In this document: positions 50,189 through 59,621 of the stretch, piece by piece
Numbering within the stretch: position 1 is the stretch's first letter
Layout of the letters: each line of letters opens with the position of its first letter
Source: an uncultured delta proteobacterium
Lineage (GTDB): Bacteria > Desulfobacterota > Binatia > Binatales > Binataceae
DNA length: 64,000 bases
Assembly: GCA_963794325.1 (NCBI GenBank)
Contig: CAWCDG010000004.1
Span: 960,001-1,024,000 of the forward strand
Direction: 5' to 3'
Position numbers and translations under genes: made by a program
Notes under the pieces: model-generated
What the model was told of the DNA's origin: nothing
Seen by the model: only the letters and a program-made list of their open reading frames with translations
Database searches by the model: none

Positions 50189-51746
50189 GTGCGCCCGAGG
50201 AAAACAAACGTTCTGCGGCTCGCCGCAGCACTCTTGACGCTCGCTGGATGCAGCCATTATCGCGTCGAGAGTCCGCCGGGGACGATTCAGGTCGATATCG
50301 AAACCTCGCCGACCTCGACCGACCCGCGCTTTGGCACCGACGCAATGTCGTCACGGATCAACGAACTCATTTTCGATTCCCTCGCCAAGGCCGATCGCGA
50401 CGGCAATTTCGCCGGCCGTCTTGCCGAGAGCATCGAGCGTCCGTCGCCAACCGAGATCGTGTTTCACCTCAGGCACGGCGTGCGCTTCAGCGACGGTCGC
50501 GAACTTACCGCGCGCGACGTGGTATTCACCTACAATTCGATCATCGCCCCGGAATCGATGTCGCCAAAACGCGCCAGCCTCGAGGAGTTGAAATCAATCG
50601 AAGCGGTCGACGATTACACAGTCGTCATGACCATTGCGCATCAGTACTCGCCGGCGCTCGAGATGGCGACTGAAGGCATCGTGCCCGCCGGCACTACGCT
50701 GCCCGCGCAAGGAAGCGGCGCCGCGCCGGTGGGTAGTGGACCCTTTAAGATGGTCGCCTACTCGCGCGATGAATTCTTGCGGCTTGAAAGCAATACGTAC
50801 TATGCGCGTCAGCCCGGCACCGCTCAGTCGATTTTTTTCAAGATCGTGCCGGACCCGACAGTACGCGCGCTCGAACTCGCAGAAGGCGTTTGCGACTTCT
50901 CGCCGAACAATATTCAGCTCGACGTGCTGCCGTGGCTCGCCGCACACCAGTCGCTCGAGATCAGCAACACCCCGGGCACCACCTATCGCTACCTGTCTTT
51001 CAATTTTCGCAATCCACAGCTGCGCGATATTCGCGTGCGCCGCGCCATCGCCTATGCAATCGATCGCGACACAATAGTCAGTACGGTTTTGCGAGGTACT
51101 GGCCGAATAGCCACTGGCATGCTCTCGCCCGAAAACTGGGCATACGACGGTAACGTGACTAGCTATTCGTACAATCCAGAAAAAGCGCGTCAGCTTCTCG
51201 ATCAGGCTGGCTACCCCGCGGGCAAAAATGGTCTGCGCGGGCTTCGCTTCGAATTCAAAACTACTTCCGAAGGCGCGCGCATCGGCGAAATCTTTCAGGC
51301 GATGCTTCGGCGGGTGGGTATTGAACTGAGTATTCGTTCCCTCGAATTCGCCGCCTATTACGCCGACATCCAGACCGGCAACTTCGACCTGACCTCGTTG
51401 CAGTGGATCGGAATCAACGATCCGAATCAATACTACATGGTGTTCGATTCGAAGAAGACGCCGCCCCATGGCGAGAATCGCGGCTACTATTCAAATCCTG
51501 AAATGGACCGGCTGGTCGAAGCAGGAAAAAGCTTTCGTCGATCGCGACGCACGGAAACAAATCTACGCGCAGGTTCAGCAACTCGCTGCCGACGATCTGC
51601 CCTACGTGTCGATGTGGTGGGTCGACAACGTTGCCGTGATGAATCGACGACTGGCGGGCTTCGAGCCCTACCCGAACGGCAGCTTCCGCTCACTCGCGAC
51701 GCTCACCCTCGTCGGCCCCGGCGGCGCCGGAGAGCCGTCTGAATGA
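50189..51746 (+). CDS. Peptide/nickel ABC substrate-binding lipoprotein (family 5), apparent +1 frameshift near 51526-51535
   Basis: LAGC lipobox, VRFSDG, PVGSGPF and VRRAIAYAID; the C-terminus (RKQIYAQVQQ) lies in the next frame. Confidence 0.85.
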
Positions 51747-52663
51747 GGTCCTATGCGCTCCGGCGCCTGCTCGCGCTTGTTCCCGTCGCGCTCGGCGTAG
51801 CGACTCTGACCTTCGCGATCATCCACCTCGTGCCCGGCGATCCGGTGATCGCGATGCTGGGTGAGACCGCCGCGCCCGCCGACATTGTCGGCATGCGCCA
51901 TCAGCTCGGCCTCGATCGTCCGCTCCTGGAGCAGTACGCGACCTATCTCGGTGGACTTGCCGTCGGCGATCTCGGCGAGTCGATTTCATATCGCAAGCCG
52001 GTCACGCGCCTCATTGCCGATCGCTTCCCTGCAACCATCGAACTCGCCGCCGCAGGGATGCTCGTCGCTCTGCTCCTGGCATTTCCGCTCGGACTAATTG
52101 CGGGTTCGAATCCCGGCGGCGCTGGCGATCTCGGTGCGATGGGATTCGCAATCGTCGGCATCTCGGTCCCGCATATCTATCTCGGTCCGCTGCTCATGAT
52201 TCTGTTCTCACTGGACCTGCGCTGGTTGCCGCTCACCGGTCGCGGGGGTATCGGTCACCTCGTTTTGCCCGCCTTCACAATCGGAACCGCACTCGCCGCG
52301 ATCCTCGCACGGATGCTGCGTCAGAGCCTGATTCGTGTGCGCGAGAGCGACTACATGCGCACTGCGCTCAGCAAGGGTCTGGGCCCGCGCGCCGCACTTT
52401 TCCGCCACGGCCTCAGGAATGCGCTCACCTCTGTCGTAACCATCATCGGACTTCAAATGGGCGCGTTGCTGAGCGGCACGCTTATCACGGAAATAATTTT
52501 TTCCTGGCCGGGCATCGGACGCCTGCTGATTACTGCGATCGGCGCGCGCGATTATCCCGTCGTCGAAGGATGCGTCCTCACCTTTGCGATGACCTACGTC
52601 GTCGTCAACATGGCGACCGATTTCGTCTATGCAATCATCGACCCGCGAGTGAGAATCTCGTGA
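51743..52663 (+). CDS. Peptide/nickel ABC permease (DppB/NikB-like)
   Basis: PGDP, LGLDRP, DYMRTALSKGL and DPRVR motifs. Confidence 0.92.
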   Translation: MRSYALRRLLALVPVALGVATLTFAIIHLVPGDPVIAMLGETAAPADIVGMRHQLGLDRPLLEQYATYLGGLAVGDLGESISYRKPVTRLIADRFPATIELAAAGMLVALLLAFPLGLIAGSNPGGAGDLGAMGFAIVGISVPHIYLGPLLMILFSLDLRWLPLTGRGGIGHLVLPAFTIGTALAAILARMLRQSLIRVRESDYMRTALSKGLGPRAALFRHGLRNALTSVVTIIGLQMGALLSGTLITEIIFSWPGIGRLLITAIGARDYPVVEGCVLTFAMTYVVVNMATDFVYAIIDPRVRIS

Positions 52664-53472
52664 TCGCCCGCATCCGCAATCCTTCACTGGCTATTGGAGT
52701 GACTATTGTTGTTACTATCGTTCTCCTCGCGATTGCGGGGCCGATAGTGTTCCGCACCGATCCCCTGTCGATCGATCTTGCAAACATTCTCGCCGGCCCC
52801 AGCCGAGCGCATCCATTTGGCTGCGACGCGCTCGGCCGCGACATTCTGGCCCGCATCCTGTGGGGCGCGCGGCTTTCGCTCTCGATTTCAACCGTCGTCG
52901 TCGCGATCTCTCTCATTGTCGGCAGCCTGATTGGCGCGACCGCCGCGCTGTCGGGTGGCCGAATCGACAACCTCATAATGCGCGGCGTGGACATCGTCCT
53001 CGCGTTCCCCGGAATCCTGCTCGCGATCGCCCTTGCCGCGATTCTCGGACCCGGCCTCATCGATCTCGTCATCGCCCTGACCGCCATGGGATGGACCGGC
53101 TACGCACGCATCGTGCGCGGCGAAGTGCTGACCTTGCGCGAGCGCGAGTACGTCCTCGCTGCCAACACCCTCGGCGCCAGGCCGTCGCGGCTGCTGATGC
53201 GCCATCTGCTGCCGGGTGTCGTCGGACCGCTTGCCGTACAAGCGACGTTTGGAATCGGCGGAATCATCGGCGCCGAAGCCGCGCTGTCATTCCTCGGCCT
53301 GGGCGCGATGCCTCCGACGCCCAGTTGGGGCAACATGCTCGACGCGGGCCGCGCGTTCCTGCTGGTAGCCCCACATCTTACGACCGCGCCGGGACTTGCG
53401 ATCGGATTTTCGATTCTCGGCTTCAACCTCCTCGGCGACGGGATCGCGCAGAAGGTAGGCCATCGCGCTTGA
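52660..53472 (+). CDS. Peptide/nickel ABC permease (DppC-like)
   Basis: HPFGCDALGRD, EAALSFLGLG and PSWGNML motifs. Confidence 0.92.
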   Translation: MIARIRNPSLAIGVTIVVTIVLLAIAGPIVFRTDPLSIDLANILAGPSRAHPFGCDALGRDILARILWGARLSLSISTVVVAISLIVGSLIGATAALSGGRIDNLIMRGVDIVLAFPGILLAIALAAILGPGLIDLVIALTAMGWTGYARIVRGEVLTLREREYVLAANTLGARPSRLLMRHLLPGVVGPLAVQATFGIGGIIGAEAALSFLGLGAMPPTPSWGNMLDAGRAFLLVAPHLTTAPGLAIGFSILGFNLLGDGIAQKVGHRA

Positions 53473-53532
53473 GCTTATGTATGCGAACCTCTGAAATTTC
53501 GTGATACTCATTGAGATTCGGACTGAATACCT

Positions 53533-54555
53533 GTGATGGAGAAAATCGAACCCAGCGAAATGGTCAGCCGCCTGACCGCCTTCATCCGGATCGCGGGCAG
53601 TTTCGACGGCGTCGCGATCGATAACTTTCGCAAGATGCCCGGCGGCGCGTCGCGCGAGATCTGGTCGTTCGATTGCACGATGAGGCAGGGCGGCGAAACG
53701 ACTCGGCGCGCGATGGTCCTGCGGCGCGACCCCGGCGCTCACAATATATCGACCAATCGCCGTCACGAGTTCATGGTGATTCGCGCCGCTTTCGAAGAAC
53801 GCATCCCGGTTCCCGAGGTGTTTTGGGTTTCGGAGGATCCCAGTGTCCTCGGTTCCGCTTTCTTCATCATGGAGCGCGTCGACGGCGAAACCCTGGCGCG
53901 TCGTCTCCTCCGCGATGACGCATATGCTCGCGCGCGTGAAGTAATGCTCGCGCAACTCGCCGAGATTCTGGCGAACATTCATCGAATCGATCCCGCCAAC
54001 CACCAGCTCGACTTCCTGACCGAGCCCGGCGACAACGCAGCGCTCACCGAAGTCAAACGTTACGAGGAAAACTTTCGTCGCCTCGCTCTCGAGCCGCATC
54101 CCGCGTTCGAATTGGCCTTTCGATGGCTCCTGAAGCGGGTGCCGAGGACGCCGCGCAAAACGCTCGTTCACGGCGACTACCGAATCGGCAACGTCATTTT
54201 CGGTCCCGAAGGCGTGCGCTCGATCCTCGATTGGGAACTGGCCCATCTCGGCGATCCGATGGAGGACGTCGGCTGGATGTGCGTGCGCGCCTGGCGTTTC
54301 GGCAATGATCAGAAGCCGGTCGGCGGCCTCGGCACCCGCGAAGATTTCTTCCGCGCGTACGAACAAGCCAGCGGCACCCCGGTCGATCCCGATGCGGCGC
54401 GCTTCTGGGAGGTCTTCGGCAATCTGCGCTGGGGCATAATCACCATCAGCCAGGCCCGCACTCACATCGACGGGTTCGTAAAGAGCGTCGAACTGGCTAG
54501 TATCGGCCGGCGGACTGCCGAAACTGAACTCGAACTGCTGAATCTCATCGAATAG
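53533..54555 (+). CDS. APH-family phosphotransferase (LvaA/ACAD10-kinase-like)
   Basis: GGASRE, HGDYRIGN and LDWELAHLGDPMED motifs. Confidence 0.88.
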   Translation: MMEKIEPSEMVSRLTAFIRIAGSFDGVAIDNFRKMPGGASREIWSFDCTMRQGGETTRRAMVLRRDPGAHNISTNRRHEFMVIRAAFEERIPVPEVFWVSEDPSVLGSAFFIMERVDGETLARRLLRDDAYARAREVMLAQLAEILANIHRIDPANHQLDFLTEPGDNAALTEVKRYEENFRRLALEPHPAFELAFRWLLKRVPRTPRKTLVHGDYRIGNVIFGPEGVRSILDWELAHLGDPMEDVGWMCVRAWRFGNDQKPVGGLGTREDFFRAYEQASGTPVDPDAARFWEVFGNLRWGIITISQARTHIDGFVKSVELASIGRRTAETELELLNLIE

Positions 54556-54583
54556 CAACATGATAATCAAGTGAGTAATCGAC

Positions 54584-55009
54584 ATGCAGGATCGACCGAC
54601 CTCAATTGAATTGCTCGAAGCGGCCGCCGACTTCGTCGATCGTGAACTCGTGCCGACAATCGAGGGCGCTCGCCAGTTTCAGACACGAGTCGTCGCCAAC
54701 GTGATGCGAATCGTGGCGCGCGAAATAAAGATGGAAGATCCGCTTGTGCGTAGCGAAGTAAAAGCGCTGGCACGATTGCTCGGACACGATGCGCCGCATC
54801 TGCACAGCCTCGACGATCTGCGCAAGGCCGCCGCCGGGATGGGCGAAGAATTAACCGCGAAGATTCGCGCCGGCGAGGCTGACGACGGCGACTGGCGCCG
54901 CGAAGTGCTCGCGGTCGTGCGCCAAAGCGTCGAAGACAAACTGCGTATCGCGAATCCGCGCTACCTCGAAAGTGATATAGCTATTCGCAATGCAAGGAGA
55001 TCTGACTAA
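54584..55009 (+). CDS. DUF6285-like protein (LvaB-like)
   Basis: MQDRPTSIELLEA...RVVAN...KLRIANPRY pattern directly after the APH kinase. Confidence 0.75.
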   Translation: MQDRPTSIELLEAAADFVDRELVPTIEGARQFQTRVVANVMRIVAREIKMEDPLVRSEVKALARLLGHDAPHLHSLDDLRKAAAGMGEELTAKIRAGEADDGDWRREVLAVVRQSVEDKLRIANPRYLESDIAIRNARRSD

Positions 55010-56028
55010 TGCCTGAAACCAAAGTAGTATTGCTCGAACAAGACGACCTGATGCATACCAACACCGGCGAGTCCAATTTCAACGAAAGCGCCTATTACAA
55101 CTTTTACGATCGGAGCCAGCGCCTCGGTGGCTTCATCCGACTGGGTAATCGCGCGAACGAAGGTTACGCTGAGATGACGGCGTGCCTTTACCTTCCTGAC
55201 GGCACTGTCGGCTTCATGTTCCAGCGCCCCGAGATCAAAAATAATGACGCACACAACGCGGGCGGCGCAAGGTTCGAGGTCCTGAAACCGTTCGAGCGCC
55301 ATCACGTCGGTTATCACGGCAAACTATGCATTCTGAAAAATCCGCTCGAGATGGCCGACCCTGCCAAGGCGTTCAAAACCAATCCCTACTCGAAAGCCGC
55401 GCTCGAAATTGACTACGTCGCCACCTCTCCCGGATGGGGCGGCGAGTTGCGCGAAAAAATCGGAGATCAATGGGTCGCGCCGAAACCGTCCGGAAACCCC
55501 GAGGCCCAATTCGCCAAGGGTCACCTCGAGCAGCTCGGCCACGCAACCGGAAAATTGGCGCTCACGACCGATGGCAAGGACCGCGAGTTCAAAATCGACG
55601 GGCTAGGCCTGCGCGATCACAGCTGGGGACCGCGCTACTGGCAGGCGCCGAAGTTCTATCGATGGCTAACGATGAACTTCGACCAGGATCTCGGCGGGAT
55701 GGCCACCATTACGGTGAATCGCGACGGCAGCGAGCGTCCCGGCGGATTCATCGCGCGCAAGGGGCAGCCCTTTCTACATATCGTAAAGGTCGACGTGCAA
55801 ACCGAATTCGCCGGCGATCAACAGCTGCACGACAAGATCAGGGCAACCTGTCAGACCACGGATGGCGGATCGCCAATAGTCATTACCGGAAAAGTGCTAT
55901 CGATGATTCCGCTCCGCAACCGCCGCGCCGGAATAGTCACTCGAATCGCCGAAGGCATGACCGAGTGGAACTGGGACGGCAAGATTGGCTATGGGCTTTC
56001 CGAGTATCTCGATCACTTCGACGAATAG
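55009..56028 (+). CDS. Hypothetical protein (tocopherol-cyclase/AttH-like beta fold)
   Basis: FNESAYYNF, RDHSWGPR and GLSEY motifs. Confidence 0.6.
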   Translation: MPETKVVLLEQDDLMHTNTGESNFNESAYYNFYDRSQRLGGFIRLGNRANEGYAEMTACLYLPDGTVGFMFQRPEIKNNDAHNAGGARFEVLKPFERHHVGYHGKLCILKNPLEMADPAKAFKTNPYSKAALEIDYVATSPGWGGELREKIGDQWVAPKPSGNPEAQFAKGHLEQLGHATGKLALTTDGKDREFKIDGLGLRDHSWGPRYWQAPKFYRWLTMNFDQDLGGMATITVNRDGSERPGGFIARKGQPFLHIVKVDVQTEFAGDQQLHDKIRATCQTTDGGSPIVITGKVLSMIPLRNRRAGIVTRIAEGMTEWNWDGKIGYGLSEYLDHFDE

Positions 56029-56036
56029 TCAGTCGC

Positions 56037-57071
56037 TCATCTTTTATTCTTGAGCGCCCGCAAACTTTGCTCGTACGGCGGATACGCGACACCCTTTTCG
56101 GTGATGATCGCACTAACTAATTCCGCCGGCGTCACGTCGAATGCGGGATTGAATGTGCTAACGCCCTTCGGCGTTAACTGTTTACCGCCATACTCAGTGA
56201 GCTCGCGGCCCGATCGTTCTTCGATCGGAATCGCCGCTCCGTCGGGACAGTCCAGATCAATCGAAGACAGCGGCGCGGCAACGTAAAACGGTACGCCGTG
56301 ACGCCGCGCCATCACGGCCAGCGGGTAGGTCCCGATTTTGTTCGCAACGTCGCCGTTCGCGGCCGTTCGATCGGTACCCACCACCACGCAACTGATCTTG
56401 TTTTGCGCGAGCACCGTCGCCGCCATGTTATCGGCAATCACCGTTACCGGTATCCGATCTTTATGCAGTTCCCACGCGGTCAGCCGCGAGCCCTGTAGAA
56501 ACGGCCGCGTCTCGTCGGCGTACACCTGGATCTTTTTTCCCGCATCGCGTGCCGCACGTACCACCCCGAGCGCCGTGCCATATCCCGCCGTCGCGAGCGC
56601 GCCGGCATTGCAATGCGTCAACACCACCGCCGGGTCGCCAATAAGTTCGGCGCCGAATTTTCCCATCGCACGATTCGCCGAAATGTCTTCCGTGTATACC
56701 GCGATCGCTTCGGCGCGCATGCGCGCAAATAGTCCGGCGGCGTCAAGCGAGATGTTCTCGTCGAGCACTCGTCCCATCCGATCCACCGCCCATGCCAGGT
56801 TCACCGCAGTCGGCCGAGTGGCTTTCAGAGCCTTCGCGACGACCTCGAAGCGTTTTTTCGCCTTCGCGTTCGCGGTGCCCTTAATTCCGAGTGCGACGCC
56901 CATCGCGGCCGCTACGCCGATCGCCGGCGCTCCGCGAATCACCATCGTGCGGATCGCCTCCGCCACGCCCCGATAGTCGCGATAGGTTCTAATTACTTCG
57001 CGTGCGGGCAGCAGGCGCTGATCGATCATCCGGACGGTGTCCGCCCGCCATTCAATAGTCATCACTGCCAT
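56037..57071 (-). CDS. mtnA: S-methyl-5-thioribose-1-phosphate isomerase
   Basis: IRGAPAIG, RPTAVNL, THCNAG, ETRP, NKIGTY and NPAFDVTP motifs. Confidence 0.95.
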   Translation of the reverse strand: MAVMTIEWRADTVRMIDQRLLPAREVIRTYRDYRGVAEAIRTMVIRGAPAIGVAAAMGVALGIKGTANAKAKKRFEVVAKALKATRPTAVNLAWAVDRMGRVLDENISLDAAGLFARMRAEAIAVYTEDISANRAMGKFGAELIGDPAVVLTHCNAGALATAGYGTALGVVRAARDAGKKIQVYADETRPFLQGSRLTAWELHKDRIPVTVIADNMAATVLAQNKISCVVVGTDRTAANGDVANKIGTYPLAVMARRHGVPFYVAAPLSSIDLDCPDGAAIPIEERSGRELTEYGGKQLTPKGVSTFNPAFDVTPAELVSAIITEKGVAYPPYEQSLRALKNKR

Positions 57072-57229
57072 CTGGTCTGACTCTTACAAATGCGACTGAG
57101 TTTTCAAATCTGTGCTGCAAATCTGTGCTGAACGCGCAATAGAAAGCGGCGCTGCAGATGATACGCGGCGCCGCTCAACTACCCCGGATCGCACGATACC
57201 GCATTGCGCCGGTACGCGCGAATCTCGAC

Positions 57230-57613
57230 TTAAACTCTTTCGTATACTCCGCGCGCTTTTCGTTTTGCAGCACCGGCATCGATCCATCGCGTGATCGCCG
57301 CAAAGATCTCCGACGGCCGCTTTCCCTTGAGTCCCCGCACGTCGCGCACGTCGGACGCCTTGAACTGTTTGGGAAGTGCGGAGAGCACGGCACGCCAATT
57401 GACCCGGCCGCTCGGCCCGCTGCTGACCGCTTTCGACGCGCGCGATCCGCCACCAATCAACGATCCCAGTCGCGCTTCCTCCTGCTTCAATTTACTCAGT
57501 GCCGATTCCTTCACGCGGATCTCTTTGCGGAGATTGAGTAGTAAATTGCGCGCCTGGCGCTGTACTTGTTCGAATGCCGACGCGGCTCCGCGAGAGGTAT
57601 TCTTACGAGGCAT
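57230..57613 (-). CDS. Basic coiled-coil + winged-helix protein (putative nucleoid-associated/Rok-like)
   Basis: Heptad-rich N-terminus, Gly/Ser linker and C-terminal KRKARGVY; AAGGAG SD upstream. Confidence 0.6.
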   Translation of the reverse strand: MPRKNTSRGAASAFEQVQRQARNLLLNLRKEIRVKESALSKLKQEEARLGSLIGGGSRASKAVSSGPSGRVNWRAVLSALPKQFKASDVRDVRGLKGKRPSEIFAAITRWIDAGAAKRKARGVYERV

Positions 57614-57807
57614 GTAGCTATCTCCTTCCCCGGGAATTGGTCAGTACAAATCGACTTTGAACATACACAATCAGTACCACGCCTACAAGTATGAAAAGGT
57701 CATTCAGGATCGACAACTGCATATAGCCGATAGTGTTTTGATTGACGCAACCAGATAGTCACACACGGAAAAGTTATCTCAGTCGCCGACGCATTACATT
57801 GCCGGCA

Positions 57808-57884
57808 GGTGGCACAGGCTTTAGCCTGTGATTTTCTGGTCCCTGCAAATCCGGGAAAGAATCACAGGCTGAAGCCTGTGCCAC
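57808..57884. repeat. REP doublet, family C
   Basis: Near-identical to 36806-36882, including the spacer. Confidence 0.9.
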
Positions 57885-58223
57885 GTTTGTTAGAACAGCC
57901 CAGCCGGCTCATCAGCAGAAGTTGAAATCGCCACCACTGCCGCGTACGGCAAAACGATTTTAAAACTATCCAGGAACCATAGTGGTACAAATATCGCGCA
58001 TAAGCATCCGTACTAGTTCAATAACTACTGGCAGTGATTTTCCTGACTGATAGCCGTTGGCTATTGGGCGAAAATCGCGAAGAAGTCCGTGCAAAGAGTA
58101 CTATGTTTGAGTCTGCCGCGATGCTATAAGCATCTCGGAATTTTGACCAGATGCGCGCTCTTGGTATTGCTACAAACGCCTGACGCCACGAAGGACTCGG
58201 GGCAGCGCGCAAGGAGAGGGGTA

Positions 58224-58538
58224 ATGGGCCGCAGACTGTATGTTGGGAATCTGGCTTGGACTGTGACCGACCAGGATCTGCTCGACGTATTTTCCGAAGC
58301 AGGAAAGGTGGACAGCTCGCAAGTCATCATCGACCGCGCCACCAACCGCTCGCGAGGATTCGGTTTCGTCGAGATGGGTACCGATGAGGCGGCCGAAGGC
58401 GCAATCAAGACACTGAACGGCCGCGACATCAAAGGCCGTCCGATTCGCGTCAACGAAGCGCAGGCGCGCAGCGGCGGAGGTGGTGGCGGGGGCGGCGGTG
58501 GTGGCGGCGAACGCCGCGGCGGGGGACGCGACCACTAG
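58224..58538 (+). CDS. RRM (RNP-1) RNA-binding protein with glycine-rich tail
   Basis: LYVGNL (RNP2), RGFGFVEM (RNP1) and poly-Gly; AAGGAG SD. Confidence 0.93.
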   Translation: MGRRLYVGNLAWTVTDQDLLDVFSEAGKVDSSQVIIDRATNRSRGFGFVEMGTDEAAEGAIKTLNGRDIKGRPIRVNEAQARSGGGGGGGGGGGGERRGGGRDH

Positions 58539-58562
58539 TCAGTTCCGGCATTTCTGACTAGT
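58534..58562 (+). terminator. Hairpin at the end of the RRM gene
   Basis: ACTAGTCAG...CTGACTAGT inverted repeat; no clear U-tract. Confidence 0.45.
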
Positions 58563-58682
58563 CACGCGATTGTAGTTTCGCCCTCGCGTCGCGCCTCAAA
58601 ATATACTTGACCGACTGCAAGGAACGCCCGATTCTTAAGGCGCAACCTTGCGACTCATCGTCCCTCGTGCTCAGCTTTCATC

Positions 58683-59621
58683 GTGGAACTCATCACGCTC
58701 GAAGCTCAGAGCGAGCGCGCCGTCATCGTGCCCGCCGCCGGATGCCAATGCCTTAGCTACCGGATCGGTGCGCTCGAGGTTCTCGCGGGTCCTGACAGTC
58801 CCGACGTATGGCGCGATCATCCGCATCGCGGCGGCATTCCGATTCTTTTTCCATGGCCTGGCCGCGTTGCCGGCGGGCGCTTCACTTTCGAGGGACGCGA
58901 ATATCGGCTTCCGCTGAACGAGCCCGCGCGCGGCAACGCGATTCACGGTTTCGCATGCGAGCGCGCATTTCGGGTCACGCGGCGCGGACCGTACTTTGTC
59001 ACCGCGCTTCTCGATTCTTCTGACTATTCGGATCTCGACGCGATCTGGCCATGGCCGTTCGCGCTCGAAATAGATTACGAAGTGGGTAATGGGCTGAGAT
59101 TGAAGGCGCGCATCACCAACACCGGCGACTCGTTAATGCCGTTCGGATTCGGAGCGCATCCATATTTTCACGCGCCGCTCAATCCCAAGGGCGTTCGCGA
59201 TGCGCTCGAGATTCAGCTCGACGCCGACGCTCGATGGACGCTGGATGCGAGCATGATTCCCACCGGCGCCACCGAGCCGCTCGCCGGTAAGTTCGATTTT
59301 CGCGCGCCGCGTTCACTTGGCGCCAATATCTACGACGACGCATTTCATATGGCGCCAATCTCGATCGACGATGCGTCAACGCCGCGGGCGCGGCTTATCG
59401 ATCCGTCGCTGAAAATTGCAGTAGAGGTCCGCGCCGACGCCGCATTCGGCGACTTCGTCGTGTTTGCGCCCCCGAACAATCCGGTAGTCGCGCTCGAGCC
59501 CTACACCTGCGCCCCCGACGCCTTCAATCTCGCCGAGCGCGGCGTCGCGGCCGGCATGCGCAAGCTTGCTCCCGGTCAGACCTTCGAAGCTGGCTTCGAG
59601 ATTCGCGTCAACGTCCCTTGA
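58683..59621 (+). CDS. Aldose 1-epimerase family protein
   Basis: LFPWPGR, NAIHG, GAHPYF, YDDAF and ALEPYT motifs. Confidence 0.88.
   Translation: MELITLEAQSERAVIVPAAGCQCLSYRIGALEVLAGPDSPDVWRDHPHRGGIPILFPWPGRVAGGRFTFEGREYRLPLNEPARGNAIHGFACERAFRVTRRGPYFVTALLDSSDYSDLDAIWPWPFALEIDYEVGNGLRLKARITNTGDSLMPFGFGAHPYFHAPLNPKGVRDALEIQLDADARWTLDASMIPTGATEPLAGKFDFRAPRSLGANIYDDAFHMAPISIDDASTPRARLIDPSLKIAVEVRADAAFGDFVVFAPPNNPVVALEPYTCAPDAFNLAERGVAAGMRKLAPGQTFEAGFEIRVNVP

Noticed and set aside
51520-51540. Programmed ribosomal frameshift at GGAAAAAGC
   Set aside because: It is slippery-looking, but there is no rationale in an ABC binding protein and similar indels occur in several unrelated genes; error is more likely.
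57620-58220. ncRNA or riboswitch in the long AT-rich intergenic region
   Set aside because: Apart from the REP doublet I could not recognise any known RNA motif or convincing structure by eye; an Rfam scan would be needed.
58474-58508. GGC/GGT trinucleotide tract as a contingency repeat
   Set aside because: It encodes the ordinary glycine-rich tail of RRM proteins and the codons are mixed.
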